From assembly GCF_021869535.1 (NCBI RefSeq), contig NW_026262723.1:111228001-111292000 (forward strand): a DNA stretch of 64,000 bases, in the 5' to 3' direction. The notes under the pieces were generated by a model, which saw only the letters and a program-made list of their open reading frames with translations, did not search any database and was not told where the DNA came from. The stretch is from Mytilus californianus (lineage: Eukaryota). Below are positions 1 to 11,859 of this stretch, piece by piece. The stretch's first letter is position 1. Each line of letters begins with the position of its first letter. A program made the position numbers and the translations under genes.

Positions 1-225
1 CATTTCAGTAACACGGTTTGTTCACATTGATATGGTATCATTTCTTTTGAGAAACATTCGTCCTAAAAGTATATCAGAAATTCAACTTATTGAAGTGCTC
101 TTTTGAAGTAAGCTTCCTTCGTTAAGATACCCCAGGGTTCTTATATAACATTACGTGCATTCTATTTGGAAATAATTTCTTGTACTTTGCATTTTCTATA
201 TCTCACTGTTTTTTTCTAAAATGTT

Positions 226-387
226 CAGGGGCGGATCCAGCCATTTTAAAAAGGGGGATTCCCAACCCAGGATAAAAAGGGGGGGTTCCAACTATATGTC
301 CCCATTCAAATGCATTGATCGTCAAAAAAAGGGGGAGTTCCAACCCCCGGACCCCCCCCCCCCCCCCCCCTTCTGGATCCGCCACTG
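226..387. mobile_element. GC-rich MITE, TIR CAG(G/T)GGCGGATCCAG, 5-bp TSD
   Basis: caggggcggatccag...ctggatccgccactg flanked by ATGTT/ATGTT. Confidence 0.8.
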
Positions 388-403
388 ATGTTGAAGCACT
401 TAC

Positions 404-523
404 CACGTTTTTATATGCATCTGGGTCTATCTTCTGTCCCGAGATTATTCCATTTGTGAAAAGCGGTGTTGCAATAGTCAAATAAAAGGTACAAGCTAAA
501 ATGTTTCTAATATGCACAGACAT
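404..523 (-). CDS. Acid lipase (LIPA/LIPF family) copy 1, first coding exon; the gene continues off the left edge
   Basis: ATG at 523; signal-peptide-like MSVHIRNILACTFYLTIATP followed by IDPDAYKNV; phase-0 donor GTAAGT at 403. Parallels exon 1 of copy 2 (VDPDAYRNV|gtaagt). Confidence 0.85.
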
Positions 524-1900
524 TATCTTTAGAAGTCAAAATGATAAAAGAAGTTTTAAAATCTCTTATGTTGCAACTTTTACCATTTTAATTTGAGAAT
601 AACCAATAGTGTAGATTTTCATTGGATGACAGTTACCATAATCTTACATAATAACAATGACCTCCAGCTATCAAAGAGTGAACTTATCTTGTCTTACACG
701 AGACTGAATACACTTAATCAGCGGTTGTATTTCAATATCGGCCTGTATGGACTATTCAATGAACTTTTTTTTGCAAAACGAAAAAAATGAAATGAAAATA
801 AATCGAAGTACATGAAAATGTTAAGATTTAAAAAAATGTTTGACAAATAAGTATTATAAACAATAATTTGGTGCGTCCGAAGCACTTTTCTGGATTTACT
901 TTTATCAGGAAGGCTCAAATCAAATATTTGAAAGGCAAAGATATACAAATATTTTAGGAGCTATATCCCCGAAAGGGGTCTAAAGAAAGTAGCCAAAACT
1001 ATCTAAGATATGTTTTTGGGGTTGAATCCTATATATTTCCAATAATTTATCAAATTATTAATGGAAAATTAAAGAATTTGAAGTTGATGACATCAACTAT
1101 AGAGCTAATGACTAATTAAAAACAAAATCAGATGTCATGGTATTATTCATATTAAAGAAGAAAATTATTTAATCTTATCTATATACAAGATAAAACTATT
1201 TGTCGACCGCAGAGATAATTCAACCTAAAGTTGTTAAGTTCAGATGCTTATCAATTTTCTCACAAGGCAAATTTGATGAATCCTATGATATTATGCTGAT
1301 CCTTACGAACAAAAGCTCTTTCCTATAGGTCCAGTCAGATGAAGCATTAAGAACCCCAAACAAATTTTTGTGCATGTATTTCTTTTTATACTGATATAAG
1401 AAAATAGAATTCGTTTATGACGAACGGTGGAGGTTTTTTTTTACAAAATTTTAAGTCCTAAATCGCCTCTGACCAAAATTATTGTGAAAAAATAATGATA
1501 TTAAAAAAGATCTGCAACATTTTAGTCTAGCTTCAAGCTATTGATAAGCAAATTGATATCCGTCATTTAAAATATAAAAATTACCAATGATACATATCAG
1601 ATATAAATTGATACACCTCTAATAAAACTAACCTAATATAGCACTGATCATCTGGAAACTACAACATCGTCATAGACATCATCACCGGTGTGAAAATAAT
1701 CATTCTACCTCGCAATAACAGTGCCTTTGGATTTATAAATCTTGAGTTATGCATATCAAAAACAGTTTAACCTAAGTCTTTACAAGTTTCAGCTTTCTAA
1801 AAAGCTTTGGAGTGCTTCGCTGTATCATAATAAAGTAAAGTGTGGTTTATATGGTTGTTTAAGTACGAGAAAAGTTTATTTATCCCCTATGTGCATATTC

Positions 1901-2130
1901 GAGGGTCTGGATGGGGGTCCTTCATTTTTGTTTTCTTTATTTTTTTAGGCCATTTTTCTCTATTCTTTATAAATTTTGTCCATTAATCTCCATTCTTTAT
2001 ATTTTAACCCTCCATAATTCTCTATGCTTTAATTTTTTGGCCTATTTTTCTCTAATTCTTTATTTTTCTGGTCTTTTATTCTGCGCGTTTTGCTCATTGT
2101 TCTCTATTCTGTAAACCCCATCCATACCCC
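1901..2130. mobile_element. MITE family with GAGGGTCTGGATGGGG / CCCCATCCA(G)ACCCTC ends (other copies at about 2429-2638 and 37968-38191)
   Basis: Three copies share terminal inverted ends and a T-rich interior of 'ttttctctattctttat' repeats. Confidence 0.65.
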
Positions 2131-4399
2131 CATATACTCACAAGTGTGGTCTTATCAGCCCGTCTTAGATGGGTGCATTGTGGTATACTGTAGTTCGTTC
2201 ATGAATACTTCCTACATAACTTAAATTTGCTTTTAGCAATTCACACGAAACTAAAACGGAACATTAGGATTGAAAGACGAAAACTTTCTTTTGATTTTAA
2301 AATTCTTATGTGTCGTCATACAGTACATAAGATACAGTTTGATTTTTGAAAATTTATTATTTGTCATTCCACAGTTATCGGACTTATGGTAATATTCTAC
2401 ATGGCATACTCTAGATCTAAAATGGTTGAGGGCCTGAGGGGGGGGGGGGAAGTCCTTCATTTCTGTATTCTTTAATTTTTTATGCCATTTTCTCTATTCT
2501 TTATACTTTTTGCCCATCAGTCTCTTTTCTTTTAGCACCGCATTATTCTCTATTCATTATTTTTTTTATCCATTTTTTCTATTCTTTATATTTTTTGCCT
2601 ATTATTTTCTATTCTGTAAACCCCCATCCACACCCTCATGTTTGGATTAACTATTTACTTTACGTTGTTGTTAATATTGGCGAATCTAACCTCACTTTGG
2701 ATTTAAACATTTTATAGTTCGTCGTTCCATAAAGTTATGGGACTTTCAACAGTCAATTTTGTCGCAATATCTATTTGCATATGGATATCCTAATGCATGT
2801 TTTCTTACACAGCAATGTTACTAAGTTGTTATTAGATGCATAACTATTTCAGATCTTCTCACCATAATTCTAATGCACAATTCGAGTGTATCATATGGTC
2901 TTGACGTAGCTGTGTTTTTATATCAATTTTTGTTTTGTTTTATAACATGGAATACACGTATTCTGACAATTTTCTTGAAGATCACTGGCAGTTATGTGTA
3001 TTTTAAGTATTGGTGTATATGCATATTTACACCAAGATGTCGTTAAATGAAATTAGATACACTGCAATTATCATGCTTTTCAATAACATATGGTCAAATC
3101 GCTGAAAGACACCCCTCCTAAATTATTGAAAACTATCATTCTGCATTAACAATAATGCCTTAATATTAATTAGATACACCCATTCGGGATTATGCCCTTA
3201 TGGTGTATCTAAAACATAATCAGATGAGCACTCAGAAACTTGTTTATCTTTGCCCCTCTTTTAATTTATCAACACGAATTGACTCGACATTATATAGCAA
3301 GGTAAACCAGTAAAGGCAAAATTAATCATTGGTCGGGTACTCATACTGTAATTTTGTCCGTATTTAATATCTTCTCCTCTCCAGGACATGTTCCCAATTC
3401 TATATCTCATTCCAGCCAATAGAATCTTTCCCACATCATTAGGCAACCAATGAGAACTGATGTTTGTTACGTAATAATTTAAAGATGGCGGGAATATCGT
3501 ATGAAACTGTCAATAAATATTAGGGAATATTTAATAAAGCGAATGGCTTCGAGTAGCAAAAACGCAAAAAGCAAACATTAAAAAAAGTCACAAGTTAAAA
3601 AAAACAAGACGTCACAACATCTTCCAAAAAACTAAAGAAATACATACTACTAAGTATAGTCAGGAACATATATATTGATATACTGTTCCCAGGTATAGTA
3701 CACACAAATACGTTGGAGTCTATATATGCCTTTGCTATCCCATCATTAAACCTGTACTTTAATTATGAAATACAACATGAGGTCTCGAGGTATCTTGTTT
3801 GCTTCAAGTGAAAAGGTCATTGATAGCAAGAATGCCGATGAAGGTGTGATTTTCTCCTAGTCGGAATGATGTGTCCATGTCAGTGTGGTCACATGTGATC
3901 TTTGTTCGTTTTTAGTGCTTTTCCTAATTAACATACGACCAGCTTCTGCCTTGGTTCTTAAAATTGAGCTAAGGAATTCAAATCGCTCAAAATGGCGCAT
4001 TATTGAGGAAGGGATGACTAAGTCCTGAGGAGAAATCATACGATAGCAGCAACAAGGATATATTGTACAAAAGTCAGAAAATATTATCCCGGAGCAAGTT
4101 GAGATCCAAAAACCAAATGCTACGACACATGCTATATATTAGTAAAGTAAGATCCAAATATTTTAAAAGAAAAATTCGGAATCTACCCGTTCACGCAAAT
4201 TCAAAATATCAAGTAAGGCAAGATATATATCAACACAAAAACAGAAAAAAAGCCAATTAATAAAGGTGGTAAGTAAAAACACAGAAATGACAATTGTTTA
4301 GATAAGAACATTACTCCATAAATTGTTTATGTCATATATTATGTTTTTAACCTTGTGTAAACAGAGTACAACGTTATATCTCCGCAATATAAACATATA

Positions 4400-5845
4400 T
4401 GTAGGACTCAAATCTATGGTGGGTTCCATATCTATGGCAGATTCCTAATCTATGGTAAATGTGACGTCACAAACGCCAAACAAATCATAAATCTATTGCA
4501 GTTTTATGTTTTCTCCAAATCTATGGCAGATTTTGATATTACGTAATTTTCCGGGAAGAGGAGTAAACTATAACATGCATAATGTTCACGCTGCCGCTAA
4601 CTCTGACGGTTTTGTTCTATAGAAGGAAAAGAAAAGGCCAGTTTTCAAGGAACCTAATCCATAAATTAGATTATATTTCAGAATTCTAGTCTACGGTGAC
4701 AGAAATCCCTGCAAATGAGAAGATGTACTCATTTGATTCGGATGATACTAGCAAACAAACCCATAGTCATTCGTAGCAGCAAAATCGCTAGTGCAGGCAG
4801 TTTCGCGCAAATGAATATGTTTTTTGTGTTTTTGGTGTTTTCTGTGTTTATGTTTCGTGTTTGTTTTCGCTCCTTCTTTTATTATCCTCGTCTGTGTTCC
4901 TAGTGTTACATTGTTTCTTGATTTTACGAGTTTTTACTGTGAATTTGGTATGTTTTTTTTTAATAATTTTTTTTTATGCAAAGGCTGTTTCTTGTTGCCT
5001 TTTCATTCATATGGTACTCTTCAAATTTGCTTTAAACATAATCTTTAGCACTTATCAGCTTTATTACAGCGACTGTTATATTGTAGCAAATTATCCCTCT
5101 TGACATTTGAAAACTAAAAAAAAAATCTGTCATACATTCCTAATAACTATTCACATTATGTTCAGCTTTATTTATGTCGAATAATTGTACTGTTGGAGAA
5201 ATTTGGATTTTTGAAGAAAGCCACTTCTTTGAGACAAGCCATTGGTCATTACAAGACTTTGACTTCAATTGTCATCAGTTTTTTAACGCTCAAATAAATA
5301 TTAGGTTAAAAGTCAAACTTTTTAATAAAAACTGCTTTTTGGGCGTTTTAAGGGACTTGGTTAAATGACAGGGTCAACAAGGTATCATGCACAGAGTAGT
5401 AAATGCTTATTCTCCCGGAGCACATCATTTCAAAGTCTGTATGAGTATATATCACTTCCTACTAAGAAAATTTTATGGTTGTCATCACGATTTGGTCGAT
5501 CATTATGGAAGGTCTATTTCACAAATGGTTATGGATATGCTTCCGTTGTCGTACATCTTATCCGTTATTCTTATACTGGCTTTTTCGTTATACCTTAGGA
5601 TACTTCCACATGTTGAAGGCAACTTTGAAATCATTGGTCAGACATATATTGACTGTTCCTCCATTTGCAGAAAATCTGCCATAGATTTGAAAACTAGAAA
5701 TCTGCCATAGATTAGGAAACTAAAATTTGCCATATATTAGGATTCTAAAAAATCTGCCATAGATTTGGAATGGCAGGACGTCATATTTACCATAGATCAG
5801 GGATCTGCCATGGATCTGGAACCCACCATAGATTTGAGTCCTACA
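4400..5845. mobile_element. Non-autonomous TIR DNA transposon, TGT...ACA ends, in a TATA target
   Basis: TGTAGGACTCAAATCTATGGTGGGTTCCA is inverted at the right end; subterminal ATCTATGGCAGAT motifs repeat at both ends; TATA on both flanks. Confidence 0.75.
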
Positions 5846-6704
5846 TATATATTCTATAAAAACCAACATATTTCTTTAATTAGAATACACAGTGTGGGAA
5901 TGGAACTGTGCAGTTTTGTAATGTTTTGGTCATTCGGGAGACTGTCAAGCGGGGCTCCGTTATTCGAAACAATAACAATTGCTTGATGGAAAGTTTGATG
6001 AACTCAAATGTTACTATATAACGTTTCTGCTGCAAGTTTTGGTAATCAAAACATTTTATATGTAAATATGAACCAATAAAATAATAAAAATGACATATGC
6101 ATCCAAACGTTTTCCTTAGAATGGTGGAGCTCCCAGTAAGTCGATCAAAACTGTCACGGAGCAGCGATCAAAAGTGTTAAATAAACATCGAAAAACCCAT
6201 CGTTACTACCAGAATTTTCACATGTACCTTTTCTGATATATAGTCTTACCTGTCTGAAAGTTTAAAAGCCATTGTCCCAGTAGAAACCCAAATATATTCA
6301 TTTTCTAAATGTCTGATATTTTAGTTGACTGTACAATCGCTTGCAAAGTTCCTGTATAATCACTTGGAGCTATCCTGTACAATCGCTTGGCCATATCATT
6401 AAATACATTACATACGCGTTTCATTGGTTGTTCCTCATCTGTCCTATTATATTCATCTATAGTATTTGAAATAAAAATGAGTACGAATTCAGTCATTTTG
6501 CCGATTAAGATTATATCAAGGAAACTTTTTAAGGTGTCTATATCAGAGAGAAACTCAACATTCGAACAATAAGCATACAAGACAAAATAAAAGGGTAGTA
6601 CAAATGTAAAGAAACCATTTTAAAGAAAATAGTGCTCGTACAAACATAAATAAATGAAAAGGTGAGTAGGTGCTCTGGAAGGGTAATCATATTTTGTAGT
6701 TCAC

Positions 6705-6886
6705 CAGTGGCGGATCCAGAACTTTTCATAAGGGGGGGGGGGGGGGGGGACGCTGACTTACCTAAGGGGGGGGGGGAGGGGGGGGGCCCGCTCCAGTCAT
6801 GCTTCAGTGATTCCCTATATAATCAACCAAATTTTTCCCACAAAAGGGGGAGCCCGCGCCCCCCAGCCCCCCTGGATCCGCCGATG
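6705..6886. mobile_element. GC-rich MITE, same TIR family, 5-bp TSD
   Basis: cagtggcggatccag...ctggatccgccgatg flanked by TTCAC/TTCAC; nested inside the 5888-8958 element. Confidence 0.8.
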
Positions 6887-7555
6887 TTCACTTAATTTAT
6901 TAATCCCAACAGTTTAAAAAATAATATATACGTATATTAACAATACAACAAAGAATGTTTCATCAGAGGACCGGGATATTCTAACTTGATAAATGCATTC
7001 GAATGTGGAATGGTGGTAGCTTTTCGCGGAACAAAGAAAATACACGTATATGGCAATGAACATAAAATAAAAATAAGAAGATGTGGTATAATTGTCAATA
7101 AGATATTCTGTTTAATACAAAAAAAAAGTAAAATCACAAAAATACTGAAATCCGAAGAAAATTCAAAACGGAAATCAAATGGCAAAACGAGTCAAAAGCT
7201 CAAATACATCAAACGAATGGACAACAACTGTCATATTCCTGACTTCGTACTGGCATTTTCCTATGTAGAAAATGGTGGATTAAACCTATCTTTGCTACTG
7301 GTGGTATAAAGCTCTCTTAATAAGATGTAACCCCCCCCCCCCCCCCCCCAAAAAAAGACAGACATGAACCAACGACAACCACTGAACTACAGGCTCCTGA
7401 CTTGGGACAGGCACATAAAGATAGTGGCGGGTTAAATATTTTTGTGTGCGCTCAGTCCTCCCCAAAACTGGTGTTACAGCACACAAGACCAAACTATAAA
7501 AAAATCAATTGAATGATCATTTCATCACGTAAAACTATCATTGACGATAGCATAC

Positions 7556-7695
7556 GAGACGTGGATCCATCCTTTCTGAACAAAGGGTGATCCAAACCAT
7601 AGAACATCATGAAACTTTCACAAAATAAATAAAATCGAAAAAAATGGGGTTTCAACCACCAGAACACCCTCCCCCGCACACCGGATCCGCTAATG
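7556..7695. mobile_element. Degenerate copy of the GGATCC-TIR MITE
   Basis: gtggatcca...ccggatccgctaatg, flanks CATAC/CAGAC (4 of 5 match). Confidence 0.5.
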
Positions 7696-7919
7696 CAGAC
7701 TGCATCCATTAATTAAAAATAAAACCTTCACACATTAGTGAGACTTTCGAATGTGTTATTGAGGCTTAAATAAAAAAAAATTGATAACAATACCAAATAA
7801 CTGTTATTAAATCATTACAGAACAAGGAAAACAAACTCATGCCAGACATATATATTATGTTGCATTGGATTGCAGTAGTTTTTAATGAACATTTATATGA
7901 CATAAATCTCATTGAAAGA

Positions 7920-8140
7920 AAAAACTGTTCATGAATGTTGCAGAATAGATAACAGTAAGCATTTCCTACTTGAGTGTCATAATTATTCATATGCCCAAAA
8001 CGTAAACACTAGAAACTATTATGTTCCATTAAAATATCAATTTACTTTTTGGCCTATAATGAATTCCTCTTTAATAGACTTTATCTCCGATTTGGAACAG
8101 CATTGAAACACATATCCTAATGTCACGTTTTAACCATTTA
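7920..8140 (+). mobile_element. Decayed LINE ORF2 C-terminal fragment
   Basis: Translates to HFLLECHNY, resembling the HFLLxC motif at the 3' end of L2/CR1-group ORF2. Confidence 0.4.
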
Positions 8141-9178
8141 AAAAGCAGTCATTTCCTTTTATCTTTTAACAGGGAGATTGATATAAGAGCAACATTGTTC
8201 TCAATCTCTTTGTGTATAACTGCAATCATATTTTGTGTTTCATATATTTCAAATAAAATATGTTTTTAAAGCTATGTATCACGAAAATATGATGATACAA
8301 AATAATTGTAATGACATTTGTGCTTTAATTTAACCTGCAATCGAAAATATCAGTGCTAAGCCAGTTTTTATATAGAACATTTAATTACGAGTCAAACAAA
8401 TCAAGCCAATTAAGATATTTCTACTTCCTTTCAATTTTTGTTAACCAAAGTTGGCCAAGCGATTGTACAGGATAGCTCCAAGTGATTGTACAGTAAACTT
8501 GCAAGCGATTGTACAGTCAATTAAAATATCCGACATTTAGAAAATGAATATATTTGGATTTCTACTGGGACAATGGCTTTTAAACTTTCAGACAGGTAAG
8601 ACTATATATCAGAAAAGGTACATGTGAAAATTCTGGTAGTAACGATGGGTTTTTCGATGTTTATTTAACATTTTTGATCGCTGCTCCGTGACAGTTTTGA
8701 TCGACTTACTGGGAGCTCCACCATTCTAAGGAAAACGTTTGGATGCATATGTCATTTTTATTATTTTATTGGTTCATATTTACATATAGAATGTTTTGAT
8801 TACCAAAACTTGCAGCAGAAACGTTATATAGTAACATTTGAGTTCATCAAACTTTCCATCAAGCAACTTGTTATTGTTTCGAATGGCGGGGCCCCGATTG
8901 ACAGTCTCCCGAATGACCAAAACATTACAAAACCGTACAGTTCCGTTCCCACACTGTGGAATATGAATTGTAATGTTTGTGATTTCACTTATTGATTTGA
9001 AATTATATGATTCTATATGCTATGAAAATGTACTGAAACGAATTAGGAATTAGGAATCAGGAATTAGATTCTAAGGCTACTTGTACATTACTTATAAAGG
9101 ATTTTTTTCCGATTCAATAATCATTAGGTTTGCGCAACGCAAAATAAACACAAAACGCACACATGGAAAGTTGTACAT

Positions 9179-9418
9179 TCAGTGATTTTCATGTGATAAA
9201 ATTGTCATAATGATATCATCATAGCATTGCCTATTGGCTTCTATGGCCCAGATAAAGTCCAGATGTTCGTAAGTGGTGATATCTGTATGACGGTAAACGT
9301 TCGGAAGCTTTTTTATCAGCTGTTTGACGTCTTTGGGGTCCGCTAGGATGTCATGTCCACCCGTGTATAGGGATACATTGTTCTTCATTAAACTGGCGTC
9401 ATATAACGGAGCTGTGGT
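9179..9418 (-). CDS. Acid lipase copy 2, exon 8 (catalytic Asp and His, stop)
   Basis: tttcag|TTAPLYD...GGHDILADPKDV...YEHLDFIW...TGA. The eight exons total 1227 nt, open throughout. Confidence 0.95.
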   Translation of the reverse strand, partial: TTAPLYDASLMKNNVSLYTGGHDILADPKDVKQLIKKLPNVYRHTDITTYEHLDFIWAIEANRQCYDDIIMTILSHENH

Positions 9419-9668
9419 CTGAAATTAAAAAGTAAAAATGGTACATACGTTTTACCTTTCAACCATTCTTGTCGATTCTGACCTAACCATCAAACGCACA
9501 AACGTAGATGGATCAATTTAACAATTTGTAGAATGGAGATAACCTGTTGTAGATAAATTGCGAGATGTATTTGTAAAGTTAAAACTAAAAGACTAAAAAA
9601 TTAGTGAAAGATTTAAGCTAAAATAGCATTCTTAATTTTGGGTGGAATTATATATGTTTGATGGGATA

Positions 9669-10615
9669 AAAAAGAGAGGCGAAAGATACCAGAGTGATAT
9701 TCAAACTCATAAGTCGAAAATAAACTGACAACGCCATGGCTAAAAACGAAAAAGACAAACAGACAAACTATAGTACTCAAAACACAACATAGAAAACTCA
9801 AGATTGAGCAACACGAACCCTACTAAAAATTGGGGGTGATCTCAGGTGCTCCGGAAGGGTAAGCAGATCCTGCTCCACATGTGGCACCCGCCGTGTTGCT
9901 CATGTTAGTACAACCCGGTAATAAGTCTAATTCGGTAGGTCACATTCACGAAAAGGGGAAGGATTGTAGCTACGACATTATGGACATATCCGCTATCATC
10001 TGTAAAACGGATATTCCATAACGGTCAACCAACTCTTGATGGCGTCCGTAAAACTTACGATGGGCTGATTTCAACTTCACCACTTGGAACTCTTGGTTTA
10101 ATAGCTTCCTTGTGAGCAGCAACCCTCTATCAAGGAAATCATGATAGGAAATGCACGCCCTGGAATATCGTATCAACAGGGAGATATATACTCCGTGTGC
10201 AGGCGCTGCTAGAATGTTGCTACATAGAAATGGAAAGTTCACAATTGAGAAGCTGAAATCATCTCTGTTCTCGTAAAGTTTTGTTTTCAACCAACGCTCA
10301 TTGTTTATTTCTAGATGCAAGTCAAGATATGAAGTAGACTTAACTGCATCTGTTGTATCCTTTATCTCAAGTTCGATGGGATAGATGCGTTCAACATAAT
10401 CACCAAATTTTGAATTATTTAGTGAGAGAACATCATCTATTTAGCGGAAAGTAAAGTTAAAGGATACTGCTAACTTCTTTTCTTTCTTCCTAAGAAGTTC
10501 CTGTATGAAGTTAGCCTCATATGAATAAAGGAACAAGTCGACAAGAAGAGGGGCACAGTTTGTTCCCGATTGTATCTTGAAAAACACGTCCTCCAAACGT
10601 AAGATTTACAAAAAA
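9669..10615 (-). mobile_element. Penelope-like retroelement remnant (RT C-terminal half plus 3' tail)
   Basis: Minus-strand GTNCAPLLVDLFLYSYEA...FR*IDDVLSLNN (YIDD motif broken by TAA)...SYLDLHL...RDDFSFSIVNFPFLCSNI...YISLLIRYSRAC...KFYGRH. Confidence 0.75.
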
Positions 10616-11220
10616 ATTCTTGTATGTAATTTCATAAATGGCTTCTCATTGATTATCATCTTTTAGATTTTTAGATACTTTTTTGACATCTTTGTTTGCA
10701 GTACTGTTTTGATTTTGTTTGTATATATATTTTTTCAGTTTTTTGTTTTTGATTTGCTGTTTTATCACTATTGTCGATTTTTTTCTTATAGTTTCCAAGT
10801 TTACAAAAATAACAAAACTGTTATGAGTTTTTAAAAAAGAGGCGGAAGATACCAAGGGGACATTCAAATGTAATAAGTCGAAGAAGAACTGACAAACACC
10901 ACAGAAAAAAAACAAGAATCAAGGAAAAGAGGAACAATCATCCCCTAAGTAGCCAGTGTTTTTGTACTGACATGATTTATTACATACCTTTTCCAAGTTT
11001 CGACTCCCTCAAATCAAAGTTGACCTTAAATGGATTTCGCTATTATTCTTAGGTCCCTTTTGGTCATAAAGCTCTTCATGTGTTAAGGTACGTATACACC
11101 TTTGGCTTTTAAATATGGCTTTTAGCGTTCCTTATGAAGATAAATCCAGAAGAGCAATTAAGATGCATACAATTTATCAAGGTTATTTTCATTTTTAAAA
11201 TAATATATAACTTTATTTAC

Positions 11221-11292
11221 CTGATTATAGTGTTCCATATTGGCCTTGGAAGAACCGTAATCAAACATTTGAAATTTTCCACTCAAAACGCT
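11221..11292 (-). CDS. Acid lipase copy 2, exon 7
   Basis: tttcag|SVLSGKFQMFDYGSSKANMEHYNQ|gtaaat; 72 nt. Confidence 0.92.
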
Positions 11293-11859
11293 CTGAAAAA
11301 GATGGTTTACAAAAAAGGTGATGTACTAATAAAATAACGTTCGTTTTAATCATGGAACATTAAACATTTTTTTGGTTAAAACCAGCTAAGTATAGTTAGT
11401 ATGTTTTACTATAATTAGGTCGAAACAACGAGAAAAGTGGAATGTAAGTGCAACCTGGATAAACACGTCAAGTAATCACTGCTTTTTTATAATTATTAAT
11501 TGATAAGCACCTTTCTCAGCTGATGAATGCTTTAAACTTATTTTCTCTCAAAACTATGGTTCCAGCTCCTTTGGTTTGGCTTCTTTTTAAGGCTTGTTTT
11601 GATATTACCTCTCCCATATATTAATTTTTCATTGACTCATATTCCCCGAAAGTATCATGCATTCTTGCACTGAACTTGTACCACTGGTAGTGGACTTTTA
11701 GTCCAAGAATTTATCATCTACACACCAACTGATATTAAATCACTTCATTGGACTATAAGTTCTCGAAAGTATTATGCATACTTCAACTGAAATGATAGCA
11801 CTTTTGGAGTGATACAGTAGTTCGACTTCTTAGACCAATACGCCACCGAGGCCCCCTGC

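Larger units (their letters stand above)
5888..8958. mobile_element. Transib-like non-autonomous DNA transposon with ~506-bp TIRs beginning CACAGTG
   Basis: 5888-6393 is the near-identical reverse complement of 8452-8958; ends CACAGTG/CACTGTG; perfect 5-bp TSD GAATA. Confidence 0.8.

Noticed and set aside
5888-5930. Full V(D)J recombination signal sequence
   Set aside because: Heptamer only; no ACAAAAACC-like nonamer at 12- or 23-bp spacing in the correct orientation.
6305-6580. 91-aa ORF inside the CACAGTG element as a transposase remnant
   Set aside because: No recognisable Transib/RAG1 motif; it runs into the TIR. A profile search would be needed to reconsider.
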